A stretch of 62,937 nt of DNA, counting the filler. It is 5 parts of 5 records of this genome, joined end to end, with 100 filler letters (N's around TTAATTAATTAA, not from the genome) between each part and the next. Parts side by side here need not be neighbours in the genome. Positions count along the whole stretch, not along the records: positions 23,780 to 44,302 come from SRR22947725_1674; 4 more parts are not named here. One strand, 5' to 3'. Each line of letters opens with the position of its first letter. Within the stretch, counting starts at the first letter, position 1. Both the position numbers and the translations under genes were made by a program. This document shows positions 30,724 through 39,707 of the stretch, in pieces. Below the pieces are notes generated by a model. The model searched no databases and was not told the DNA's origin. It was given only the letters and a program-made list of their open reading frames with translations.

Positions 30724-31241
30724 AACTCTTCTGCCTAGTAGTCGTTCTTTCAGCATGCACAATAGGCGAAGAACAATCTGAAGGTGTTGTAACAATAGAT
30801 TCTACAACTGCAATTACAACCGTAGCCGAAGAGATAACTTTTGAAGAAGGGGTACTAAATTTTGCACAATGTATGAGAGAAGAAGGAATCGACTTCCCTG
30901 ATCCAAGTTTTGATATTGATGGAAATCCTGAGTTTGATAACGTAAATATTGAAAATGATACTGAATTTGAAGCAGCTTTTGATAATTGTGAAAATATCTT
31001 AAGAGAAGCTTTGCCGGAACAATTTGACCTTGATCCAGAGGTTGAGGCAGCCTTGGTTGATGCATCTTTAGAGTTTTCTCAATGCATGAGAGAACAGGGA
31101 ATTGATTTTCCTGACCCTAAACCTGGTGAATTTGGCTTTTTTGCGTTTAGAGATGCAGATATTGATTTTCAGTCAGAAGAGGTCCAAGAAGCTTTTGAAA
31201 TATGCCAACCTGAAAACCCTCTCGATAACCTTGACGATTAG
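30612..31241 (+). CDS. Lipoprotein with two CMRExGIDFPDP repeats (start uncertain)
   Basis: Signal KVKLFCLVVVLSAC; FAQCMREEGIDFPDP...FDNC and FSQCMREQGIDFPDP...FEIC. Confidence 0.8.
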   Translation: MANIWSSTRSFTNRSNIWCVSSYKSIKDTAGRSSEKVKLFCLVVVLSACTIGEEQSEGVVTIDSTTAITTVAEEITFEEGVLNFAQCMREEGIDFPDPSFDIDGNPEFDNVNIENDTEFEAAFDNCENILREALPEQFDLDPEVEAALVDASLEFSQCMREQGIDFPDPKPGEFGFFAFRDADIDFQSEEVQEAFEICQPENPLDNLDD

Positions 31242-31278
31242 CTAAGTATCCATAAAAAACTAACTGAAGGTATATCAG

Positions 31279-32415
31279 CTACTTTTGTGGGTTCACAAGA
31301 AATTTACTTCCTGTTTTTTGTTTTACATAAGAATTTATAATTTCCGGTTGAAGCATTTCTTCAAAAGATATTTCTTGAGAGTATTCACTGGCAAAAGTAG
31401 TTTTTATCTCTTTAGAAATCCTTGCTCTCATTTCTTGAAATTTTTCCATACCTATTTTTCCAAGCATTGGGGTCAGCAACCATCCACCTAGCCCCCACGA
31501 CATACCATAAGATCTTTTAAGGATTGTTGGAGAGGGATCTAAGCCACCGTAAATGTAAACCTGTTTATATGTTTCAGATCCGTATCTTGAATATTCTCCA
31601 GAAGCGTTATTTGCTGCAACCTCCATTGCAGCGAGAATCTGTCCTGCTAGTTCTCCATTATTTCCTCCTCCAGTTGCATCGAAACCTAGTGTTGCTCCAG
31701 TTTCAGTTAAAGCACCAACTAAACTTTCCATAAAATCAGATTCATTAGTATTACAAATATACTTTGCACCAATATTTTTTAATATATCAACTTGTTCTTC
31801 TTTTCTGACTATGTTGACAAGTGGGATGTTTTCACTTTTACATACCTTTACAAGCATTTGACCCAAATTAGATGCAGCTGCAGTATGAACAATTGCAGAA
31901 TGGTTTTCCATTTTCATAGTTTCAACAAAAGATAATGCAGTCATAGGGTTTACAAAAGAAGAAGCAGCTTCAGAAGGAGCAATGCCATCGTCCATCACTA
32001 AACAGTTAACAGCAGGAGCACACTTATACTGTGAATACATTGCCCCCCCAGCAAGCCCAACAGTTTTACCTATTAGACTTTTTGCATTAATTCCAGCATC
32101 AACCACTACACCAGCACCTTCATTTCCAACAGGCATTGATTGACCTACTCGAGATTTCATTGACCTCATTACTGCAGGATGGACACTCATCGATGCAATC
32201 GTATTATCTCCTGATCCAGAAACTTTGATGTTTGAGACATCTCCCCCAAAAGTTGTAAGTAAAGCTAAATCAGATGGGTTAATTGGTGCTGCATAAATCT
32301 CAATCAGCACTTCATCATCAGCAGGTGTTGGAACATCAACCTTAGCAATTGAAATTTCAACGTTACCATCACCTGTGAGCGTTGATCGTATTTCTTTTGA
32401 ATGTTTATTTTGCAT
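31279..32415 (-). CDS. MDR-family oxidoreductase (enoyl-reductase/NADH oxidoreductase-like)
   Basis: AAPINPSD, VGNEGAGVVV, SFVNPMTAL, HTAAASNLGQML. Confidence 0.88.
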   Translation of the reverse strand: MQNKHSKEIRSTLTGDGNVEISIAKVDVPTPADDEVLIEIYAAPINPSDLALLTTFGGDVSNIKVSGSGDNTIASMSVHPAVMRSMKSRVGQSMPVGNEGAGVVVDAGINAKSLIGKTVGLAGGAMYSQYKCAPAVNCLVMDDGIAPSEAASSFVNPMTALSFVETMKMENHSAIVHTAAASNLGQMLVKVCKSENIPLVNIVRKEEQVDILKNIGAKYICNTNESDFMESLVGALTETGATLGFDATGGGNNGELAGQILAAMEVAANNASGEYSRYGSETYKQVYIYGGLDPSPTILKRSYGMSWGLGGWLLTPMLGKIGMEKFQEMRARISKEIKTTFASEYSQEISFEEMLQPEIINSYVKQKTGSKFLVNPQK

Positions 32416-32500
32416 TACTTACTTTCTAATCTTTTTTTAAAAACAGTTGAAGTCTAGTAGATTTTTAACTACTTCTAGATCATAAATGTTTTAAGATTTA

Positions 32501-32974
32501 TCACACACCTGATTCATAATACGAGGGTGCGGTTACAGCTATTGTTAACCAGCATTGATTTTTAGAGCCTACCGAACAATCGTCATATTGAAACACCCAA
32601 GTGACCTCAAAGTAGGAATTATTTTTAGCTAATATTTTTATTTCGTAATGCTCATTATTTTCTGTTGCTACAGTTTTAGTAAAACTGTATTCTTTTAAAT
32701 CAAGAATTGCATTGTAAGGTTCAGACAGAAGCATTTTTTCAAAGTTTTCTTTCGGGCCTGTTATTTCTTTATTATCTGGGTGCGCAAAATCCCAAATAAT
32801 GTCTAAGGCTTGTTCAGGATTACTTGAATAATTTTTATAGATATCAAGAATTTGTACCAGCACATCTTCGGAACCCTTTAAATCAGTACTAATCTCGTAA
32901 CTGTCTAAAGTTGAAGTGCCTCCGTTACAAAAAGCACAAACTAGAAATAAAGCTAGATACTTTTTAACCAACAA
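32501..32974 (-). CDS. Hypothetical exported protein (DUF4864-like)
   Basis: WDFAHPDNKEITGPKENFEKML...Y motif, C-terminal CWLT; hydrophobic N-terminus. Confidence 0.65.
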   Translation of the reverse strand: MLVKKYLALFLVCAFCNGGTSTLDSYEISTDLKGSEDVLVQILDIYKNYSSNPEQALDIIWDFAHPDNKEITGPKENFEKMLLSEPYNAILDLKEYSFTKTVATENNEHYEIKILAKNNSYFEVTWVFQYDDCSVGSKNQCWLTIAVTAPSYYESGV

Positions 32975-33056
32975 TAGTTGAAACTACTAGATACAGATGT
33001 AAAACAAAAGCCACAGCTAAAAAGCCCCAAAAAGTCTTTTTTTCAGTTTTACTCAT
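32964..33056 (-). CDS. Small single-TM protein (30 aa)
   Basis: Own translation MSKTEKKTFWGFLAVAFVLHLYLVVSTIVG*; overlaps next start. Confidence 0.55.
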   Translation of the reverse strand: MSKTEKKTFWGFLAVAFVLHLYLVVSTIVG

Positions 33057-33098
33057 AATCGCACTCTAGTGTCTTTTGTAAACTTACCTAAATCGAGG

Positions 33099-33257
33099 CT
33101 ATTCGTTATTTGCTTTTTCGTACGCTTGACTATAAAGAATTATAGTCGGTGCCCATAAACCCACATAAATTGCTAATTGTGGATCTTCTAAAAAGACGTA
33201 AATCACTACAGATGCAATTACTGATACAATACTTGCATATAAACCTAGTTTTATCAT
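33099..33257 (-). CDS. Small two-TM protein (52 aa)
   Basis: AGAAAGG RBS; MIKLGLYASIVSVIASVVIYVFLEDPQLAIYVGLWAPTIILYSQAYEKANNE*. Confidence 0.75.
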   Translation of the reverse strand: MIKLGLYASIVSVIASVVIYVFLEDPQLAIYVGLWAPTIILYSQAYEKANNE

Positions 33258-33309
33258 AACTTAACCTTTCTGAGCTTAGTATACCTGCTAGTTTTGTTAA
33301 CATTGAATT

Positions 33310-33444
33310 ATGATTGAGACAATAACTTCAAATCCATTCTTAATAATTCTAATATTTCCAGTTGTAACCTTAACAATCTTCGTTGTTGGGATTATTAGAA
33401 TAGATGTTCAAAATTTCAGCAGTAGAGACACCGAAGAAGAATAA
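33310..33444 (+). CDS. Small single-TM protein (44 aa)
   Basis: MIETITSNPFLIILIFPVVTLTIFVVGIIRIDVQNFSSRDTEEE*. Confidence 0.6.
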   Translation: MIETITSNPFLIILIFPVVTLTIFVVGIIRIDVQNFSSRDTEEE

Positions 33445-33475
33445 AGTGTCTCACAGGCCTGCTTAAATTTAGTAT

Positions 33476-33976
33476 ATGGATCAGGCAAAGCTAGAAAAAT
33501 TCTCTGAAAAAGAGCTTTTTGATCTACAAAATAATATCTCTGAAATAATCAAGAAACGAAACCTAGAAAAAGGAGATGTCGAGGCAATCATTGATCAAGC
33601 GTTTAACACGGGTTTTCCTAAGTTTGATAGCGTTGGATTAAACCCCTGGGTAGAAGGAAGTCTTTTAGTTTGTCCAGGCGCAAGAATTGATAAAACTCAG
33701 ACTAAGCATATATGCAAGTTTGTTGTTGTAGATGATGAATGGTCTTGGGAGTCCCAACACATGGTCAGCGATGTGATTAGAAGAGATCAGTCTTCAAAGC
33801 ATTTTAAGCAACATTCAATAACATTAATATCTCCTTTTGAGGGACTGGTAGTACAAGTAATCTCACAAAAATCTCAACAAGGAAAACATTTAGTTGATGG
33901 AATAGAGTCTTTTATTTTTGAAAACGGAAAACTGACAAAAACTATGACTAAAACGTCAAGATCTAGAGATCATTAA
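33476..33976 (+). CDS. Hypothetical protein
   Basis: 166-aa ORF, globular composition, no recognised motif. Confidence 0.75.
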   Translation: MDQAKLEKFSEKELFDLQNNISEIIKKRNLEKGDVEAIIDQAFNTGFPKFDSVGLNPWVEGSLLVCPGARIDKTQTKHICKFVVVDDEWSWESQHMVSDVIRRDQSSKHFKQHSITLISPFEGLVVQVISQKSQQGKHLVDGIESFIFENGKLTKTMTKTSRSRDH

Positions 33977-35343
33977 ATTAAGAGTAGAGCAATTCCTAAA
34001 AACCCTGCAAACCCAACAATGTCTGTAATAAGTGTAAGAAAAATATTTGATGCAAGTGCAGGGTCGAAACCCAGTTTTTTTAAAATTAAAGGTATAGAAG
34101 AACCAAAAAGGTTTCCTATAAAAATATTTCCAAAAACAGAAATGCTTAGTGCAAGTGAGTAGCTGTTTAATCCAGAAACAGTCAATAAAATAAATGAGAA
34201 TAGCCCAATAAAAATACCATTAATTATGCCAATGAGAGATTGTTTTCCTATCACCTCCATAACCCTCGCATCTGAAATATCATTTCTAGCTAGTGCCCTA
34301 ATCACTATTGCTAAAGACTGTGCACCTGAGTTACCTCCCACTAAAGCCACAACAGGCATCAATGCTGCCAGGAGGGCATCATTAGCTATAGTTTCATCGA
34401 ACTGTGCAATAAGCCAGGAAACTATAAACGCAAGTCCCATATTTACAGCAATCCAAGGCAGCCTAAGTTTTATTGATTTTTGCAAAGGGGTAAAAATTGT
34501 TTCTTCTGCACCAGCGCCAAAAGACTGTGAAAAGTCTTCAGCTATTTCTGTCTGAATGACATCCAAAGCTGTACTAATTGTTGCTTGTCCTATCAGCTTA
34601 TTATTTTTATCTACTACCGGCAATGCAAGAAGTTCGTACTGTTTTATTAATCTTGCTGCCTCCTCTTGATCAGATGAAGGGTTTATATATATTGGATTAC
34701 AGATCATAACATTTTCAATGAGCTCACTTTCATTAGCAAAAACGATCTCTCTAAAAGAAAGAACACCAGAAAGAATATTGTTCTTATCAACCGAGTAAAC
34801 ATAAACAATATCTTCGACACTTGTATGTAAACTTTTTAACTCCTCTAATGCTTCTTTAACTGTTAGACCGGTAGAAATTTTAGCTACTTCCTCAGACATC
34901 AATCTTCCCACCGAGTTTCTTGGGTAAGCAAGTCTTTTATTAATAACTAACTTTGTAGACTTATTTAGAAATTCCAATAAATCTTCGGCTTCATCAACGG
35001 TACTTCTTTCAAATACGTCAACAACATCTTCTGTGTCCATCTCACTAAAAATTTGCTCAACAATATCACTACTTAAATTTTGAACAATTTCTATTATTGC
35101 TCTTGGCCTTAAAGATTCAAAAATTTTAATGGATATATCTACAGGTAGAGATAAAAGAAGACCTCCTGCTTCTTCAGGTTCGAACTCTTCTAATGTATCT
35201 GCTGAGTCAAATGGATCATTTTTAGCTATCTCATTCCAAGCGTCGTTATTATTAGAAAGAAATTTAAAAGCAAGAGAAGGGTTTTTTCTTGAAAGCTTCC
35301 TTAATTCTTCCCCATTCTTCGGTGTCTTCATTTCATTTTCCAT
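33973..35343 (-). CDS. mgtE: Magnesium transporter MgtE
   Basis: N-domain, CBS pair, LRLPWI, GGNSGAQS, DPALAS..LTLITDIVG. Confidence 0.95.
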   Translation of the reverse strand: MENEMKTPKNGEELRKLSRKNPSLAFKFLSNNNDAWNEIAKNDPFDSADTLEEFEPEEAGGLLLSLPVDISIKIFESLRPRAIIEIVQNLSSDIVEQIFSEMDTEDVVDVFERSTVDEAEDLLEFLNKSTKLVINKRLAYPRNSVGRLMSEEVAKISTGLTVKEALEELKSLHTSVEDIVYVYSVDKNNILSGVLSFREIVFANESELIENVMICNPIYINPSSDQEEAARLIKQYELLALPVVDKNNKLIGQATISTALDVIQTEIAEDFSQSFGAGAEETIFTPLQKSIKLRLPWIAVNMGLAFIVSWLIAQFDETIANDALLAALMPVVALVGGNSGAQSLAIVIRALARNDISDARVMEVIGKQSLIGIINGIFIGLFSFILLTVSGLNSYSLALSISVFGNIFIGNLFGSSIPLILKKLGFDPALASNIFLTLITDIVGFAGFLGIALLLI

Positions 35344-35385
35344 GAATCCTCATTACTTTTCATTTTCACAAGAGAGACTAAAAAA

Positions 35386-37242
35386 TTAAGATAAATATTT
35401 TTTATGCCAATCAATTATAAAATCAAATCTTTGTTTTCTATGCACAGGCTTTCCTGACCTGCTGAGTTCATGGCCTTCATTAGGAAAACGAACCATAGCT
35501 GACTCAACTTTGTTTCGCTTCAAAGCTGAAAACAACTGTTCTCCTTGCTCTATCGGGCAACGATAATCATTTTCTGAATGAAGGACAAGTGTTGGAGTTT
35601 TTATATTTTTTGCATAGGTTATAGGACTCTTTTTTCTATAAAGATTAAGGTTATTATCCATTTCATCAAGAAGATACATCTCTGGAAATCCAATTCCAAT
35701 ATCTGAAGTTCCAACCATTGTTTCCCAGTTAATTAAAGCTCTTTCCACTACGGCTGATTTGAACATTTTTGGATAATTACCAATAATCCAAGAAGTCATA
35801 AACCCACCATATGAACCACCCATTATTCCATAATTTTTACTTGTGATATTAAGCTCATTTACCATTTGTTTAAATACTGACAAAACATCGTGAACATCAT
35901 TCACACCCCACTTATTGCCACACACATCTCTTAAATATTTATGGCCTCTGCCTGTAGATCCTCTTGGGTTACAAGCTATGACGTTGAAGCCAGCTTCGGC
36001 GTAAACCTGAAATTCATCAAAAAAAGTAAAACCATACTGACTGGCAGGTCCACCATGAATATTTAGTAATGTTGGTTTGTCTTTGCCTACAAAAATACCC
36101 CAGGTATCAACTTTTGATTTTCCAGTATCAAATCTTTTATATGTGAAATCATATGAAGCTACTCTTTTGTGAAAAGATTCATTTGCTTTTGAGATTTTTT
36201 CTATTCCCGCTTCAGAGTATTTAAAGACTTCATCATTTTGAGTGAAGTTATTTGATATAAAAAATAAATCACGCCCTTGTATTACAAAATCAGTTATTGT
36301 AATTTCTTCCGAGAATAAATTTTTAATGCCATCCTTTGTAACTTCTCCTAGTAATTGTTTCCCCGAATCTTGGTAAAGAACGTACATCGACGTATCTGAA
36401 GTTTTAACATCAACAACTGTCCTGTCAAAGTTTTTATCTACTAGTTTAGTTTTTCCGGAATCACTTATCTCGTGGATGGTCGTTATTGTTGGCCATTCAA
36501 ATCTATTTTTTAATCCTACACCATAAAGTTTTCCATTAAATGAAAATAATTTTGACCACATACCCTTTGAATGAATTGTTTCGAGTCCTCTAGATGTTTT
36601 TTTAATAATTTTTTCTTCAAGCATTGTTCCTTTGTCGTTATATACGTTCGTTGTAAAATACAGATTTCCATCATGTTCTAGTACTGAGTTCACAGAGATT
36701 AGATTTTCTTTATCGCCACTTACTATTTTAGAGGCTTTACCTGTATCTATATTCACCTTGTATATATGAGATCTCCTGTTGAAAATAACACCCCTTGTAT
36801 CAAACTTATGAGGAATATTTTCTAAGTAGTATGGTTCATCGCGTTTATCATCAATTTTCTTGAAATCTTCGGCCCAGTCATTGATGGTTATAAATATAAA
36901 CTTATTTGACTTACTCCACATGTAGTCTTGGATGTTTCCTTCAGTTTCGAAAATTCTATTTAGGGTATTTCCCTTTTTAACTATGACTGTCTGTTTACTT
37001 ATCTTATCTTTATTGATTTCTACAAATGATAAATAATTTTTGTCTTCAGAGTATTTAGGATTGAGATAATTCTTTGATTCAGAGCCTTTAAACTTCTTCC
37101 AATTATTATTTGAATATTTCCAGAGTTCTTGGCTATATATATTTTTTTCAAAATTCATTTTTGTTGCTGTTAACACAAGTTCAGAGCTATTGAGACTAAT
37201 ATTGCTTAAGCTTGTTAACTTGTTTAAATCTTTAGCTTTCAT
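35386..37242 (-). CDS. S9 family peptidase (acylaminoacyl-peptidase-like)
   Basis: IHGGP, NPRGSTG, GGSYGG, HSENDYRCP, EGHELSRSG. Confidence 0.95.
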   Translation of the reverse strand: MKAKDLNKLTSLSNISLNSSELVLTATKMNFEKNIYSQELWKYSNNNWKKFKGSESKNYLNPKYSEDKNYLSFVEINKDKISKQTVIVKKGNTLNRIFETEGNIQDYMWSKSNKFIFITINDWAEDFKKIDDKRDEPYYLENIPHKFDTRGVIFNRRSHIYKVNIDTGKASKIVSGDKENLISVNSVLEHDGNLYFTTNVYNDKGTMLEEKIIKKTSRGLETIHSKGMWSKLFSFNGKLYGVGLKNRFEWPTITTIHEISDSGKTKLVDKNFDRTVVDVKTSDTSMYVLYQDSGKQLLGEVTKDGIKNLFSEEITITDFVIQGRDLFFISNNFTQNDEVFKYSEAGIEKISKANESFHKRVASYDFTYKRFDTGKSKVDTWGIFVGKDKPTLLNIHGGPASQYGFTFFDEFQVYAEAGFNVIACNPRGSTGRGHKYLRDVCGNKWGVNDVHDVLSVFKQMVNELNITSKNYGIMGGSYGGFMTSWIIGNYPKMFKSAVVERALINWETMVGTSDIGIGFPEMYLLDEMDNNLNLYRKKSPITYAKNIKTPTLVLHSENDYRCPIEQGEQLFSALKRNKVESAMVRFPNEGHELSRSGKPVHRKQRFDFIIDWHKKYLS

Positions 37243-37267
37243 GACTTCTCCTAAGTTTTTTACAAGT

Positions 37268-38632
37268 CTATTTAGCTATTTTATTATATGCAATGGTTAT
37301 AAAAATTGAAGAAATTAGACCAACCAAAAAGGTATTTAAGTCAGCTAAGCCGTATAAATCTGTTGGAATAAAAATTCCACCAGGATTCACGGATAAATCA
37401 ATAAAAACATATCTGTAAAAATAGCTCATAAACAAAGAAACAAAGAACGGGATAAATATGTAAAGGCTTGAAGATTTATTTTTCAATTTATAAAAAACTG
37501 GAAAGACCATGCAAACTGCAAATAAATCTGCAACCAAAAAAACATTAAATATGCTAGTTACATATATTGAGCAAATTATGGAGGCAACAATTAATGCAGC
37601 TGTTATATACCTTGCTTCATTAGAACCTTTACGTACTAAATCTAATGAAATTGTAGAGGAAATTGCGTTTTCTAATGTATCAACACTAGAGGTTACCAAA
37701 AGGGTACAAAGACAGATTAGTATAAAAGACATTGGTAGATTAAGATCTAGTTGGTCAATAAAGCTTAAGCTTGGATTTTCTAAACCTTTTCCAGCACCAA
37801 CTGATCCTGCAAATCCCAGAACTAAAATTGTAATAAAACACCCTAGTCCTGCAAAAATTGAGGCTTTTTGTAGGCTTTTTGTGCTCTCTGAAGAAAAAGT
37901 ACGTTGCCAGTAACCTTGTGAAAAAATTTCAGCTGCGGTAACGGCCACAACAACCGCTAAAGCAGATTTAAAACTAAAGAATTCAAAGGTGTTTGCACCT
38001 CCAATTTTAGAAAAAGAAACTAATTCACCAAAAGTGTTTTGGCTAAGCCAAATTGAAAATAACGAAACTAAGAGAATAATTAATCCAACCCCCTGAAGTT
38101 TGTCAGTAACATAGGATGCCTTAAAGCCTGACTTACTTAAATATAAAAATGTAGTCAATCCAATAAAGATACTGACAATTAAACCTGATACATTAGAAAT
38201 GGCTGGGAATAAAAAATTAATCGAAGCAAATTCTGCAATCAAGAAAGCGCTCATATATAAAACAGCAATGCACGATACTAGTTTTTGTGCAGACTGACCA
38301 TATCTTTTTTCTATAAATTGCGGCAGTGTTGCTCCATCGGGAGTAAGGGTCGCAATTTTAGGGCCTAGAAAATATATTAATAAAAAGGGTGTTGCTGCTG
38401 ATAAAGCGTATCCGTAAATATCATAACCCAGTCCATACCAAGCCACTTCGGCGGGAGAAGTCAGAATCCAAAGCCCCATTCCACTTGCATAAAAGCTTAG
38501 AGTAAGACTCATGACACCTTCTGTTTTATTAAGAACAAAATATTCTTGTTCAGTTGAATGAATTTTTGTTGTTCTTAAATATATAACAAAAAGCAAACCA
38601 AATATTAAAAGATAGGTAAATAATGTATTCAT
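37268..38632 (-). CDS. Sodium:solute symporter, probably thiamine or thiamine-precursor uptake
   Basis: About 13 TM; ASGMGLWILTSPAE, ASYVTDKLQ, SQGYWQR, SSVDTL; TPP riboswitch upstream. Confidence 0.88.
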   Translation of the reverse strand: MNTLFTYLLIFGLLFVIYLRTTKIHSTEQEYFVLNKTEGVMSLTLSFYASGMGLWILTSPAEVAWYGLGYDIYGYALSAATPFLLIYFLGPKIATLTPDGATLPQFIEKRYGQSAQKLVSCIAVLYMSAFLIAEFASINFLFPAISNVSGLIVSIFIGLTTFLYLSKSGFKASYVTDKLQGVGLIILLVSLFSIWLSQNTFGELVSFSKIGGANTFEFFSFKSALAVVVAVTAAEIFSQGYWQRTFSSESTKSLQKASIFAGLGCFITILVLGFAGSVGAGKGLENPSLSFIDQLDLNLPMSFILICLCTLLVTSSVDTLENAISSTISLDLVRKGSNEARYITAALIVASIICSIYVTSIFNVFLVADLFAVCMVFPVFYKLKNKSSSLYIFIPFFVSLFMSYFYRYVFIDLSVNPGGIFIPTDLYGLADLNTFLVGLISSIFITIAYNKIAK

Positions 38633-38660
38633 ATACTCCTCAGCAAAAAACGGGTAAAGA

Positions 38661-38740
38661 GGACATTCCCTTCGTTGGAATTACCCAACAGGTTCAAACG
38701 GTCGGCTTGTAAGCCCTCTCAGCAATTTGCTCCCGATAAA
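38661..38740 (-). ncRNA. TPP riboswitch
   Basis: Minus strand GGGAGC-AAATT-GCTGAGAG...GACCGTTTGAACCTGTTGGGTAATTCCAACGAAGGGAA. Confidence 0.93.
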
Positions 38741-38798
38741 ACAATACTAACAAAGTTGAGCAAGATTGTTAATATTTTCCTCTATTAAGCTCACAAAG

Positions 38799-39707
38799 GT
38801 GGATAACAACGAATCAACAAAAAAAACACCAGTATTTAAAATTATCGGAGCAATATTTACAGCAGCTTTTATGTGGGGTACAGGAAATGTTATCTCCAGA
38901 AGTCTTTTAATAGAAGGCATAGATGAGATATTTTTGATTACATTGAGAGTTACAACGATTGGAACTTTGCTTTTAATCTATTATTCAATTTTTAATCGAG
39001 ATAAATTTGACATAATTTTACTGAAAGAAGCTTCAATAACTGCAATGGCATCAATATTTTTTGTAGGGTGGTTTTTTATATTTTCACTTCAATACATCTC
39101 TTCAGGCCTAGTCACTTTGTTAATTAGCTCAGCTCCTGTTTTTACTATTGTTTGGCTAAAGATCCTTTTAAAAGAAGAAAAAATATCAAGACAGAAATAT
39201 ATATCAATTTTTATCGGCTTGTTGGGAGTTGTATATCTTTTTGTTTCAAAAGAAACAGGGCTACAGGACCAGGGAAATATTTTTCTAGGAGGTACGTTAG
39301 CATTTATGGGAGTTCAGTGCATTGCTCTGGCTACGGTACTAAACAGAAAGTATGCAAGAAAATATAAGGTTAGTAGCTGGTTAACTTTCCAATACCCCAT
39401 TGTCATACTACTGTCTGTTGCAGCATTTCTCATTACTGAAACAGAACTACAGTTTCTAAACACCTCACAGATATTAAGAGTTGTAACGTTGGTTATTTTT
39501 AATTTAGGTGCATTTACTTCTTTTACATGGTTGATACAGAGGGTTAGCGCTCTTCAGGTCGCATCAGTAGATTATCTGGTTCCAGTTGTTGGTGTCACTG
39601 CCGGAGTAATATTTTTAGATGAAACTTTTAACTCAAACCTTATTATCGCTGGAATATTCATATTTATTTCTTTATTAATGAACACTAAAGAAGAATTTTC
39701 ATCCTAG
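38799..39707 (+). CDS. DMT/EamA family transporter
   Basis: About 10 TM; FMWGTG, ISSGLVTLLISSAPVFT, YLVPVVGV.AG.IFLDE; probable GTG start. Confidence 0.9.
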   Translation: MDNNESTKKTPVFKIIGAIFTAAFMWGTGNVISRSLLIEGIDEIFLITLRVTTIGTLLLIYYSIFNRDKFDIILLKEASITAMASIFFVGWFFIFSLQYISSGLVTLLISSAPVFTIVWLKILLKEEKISRQKYISIFIGLLGVVYLFVSKETGLQDQGNIFLGGTLAFMGVQCIALATVLNRKYARKYKVSSWLTFQYPIVILLSVAAFLITETELQFLNTSQILRVVTLVIFNLGAFTSFTWLIQRVSALQVASVDYLVPVVGVTAGVIFLDETFNSNLIIAGIFIFISLLMNTKEEFSS

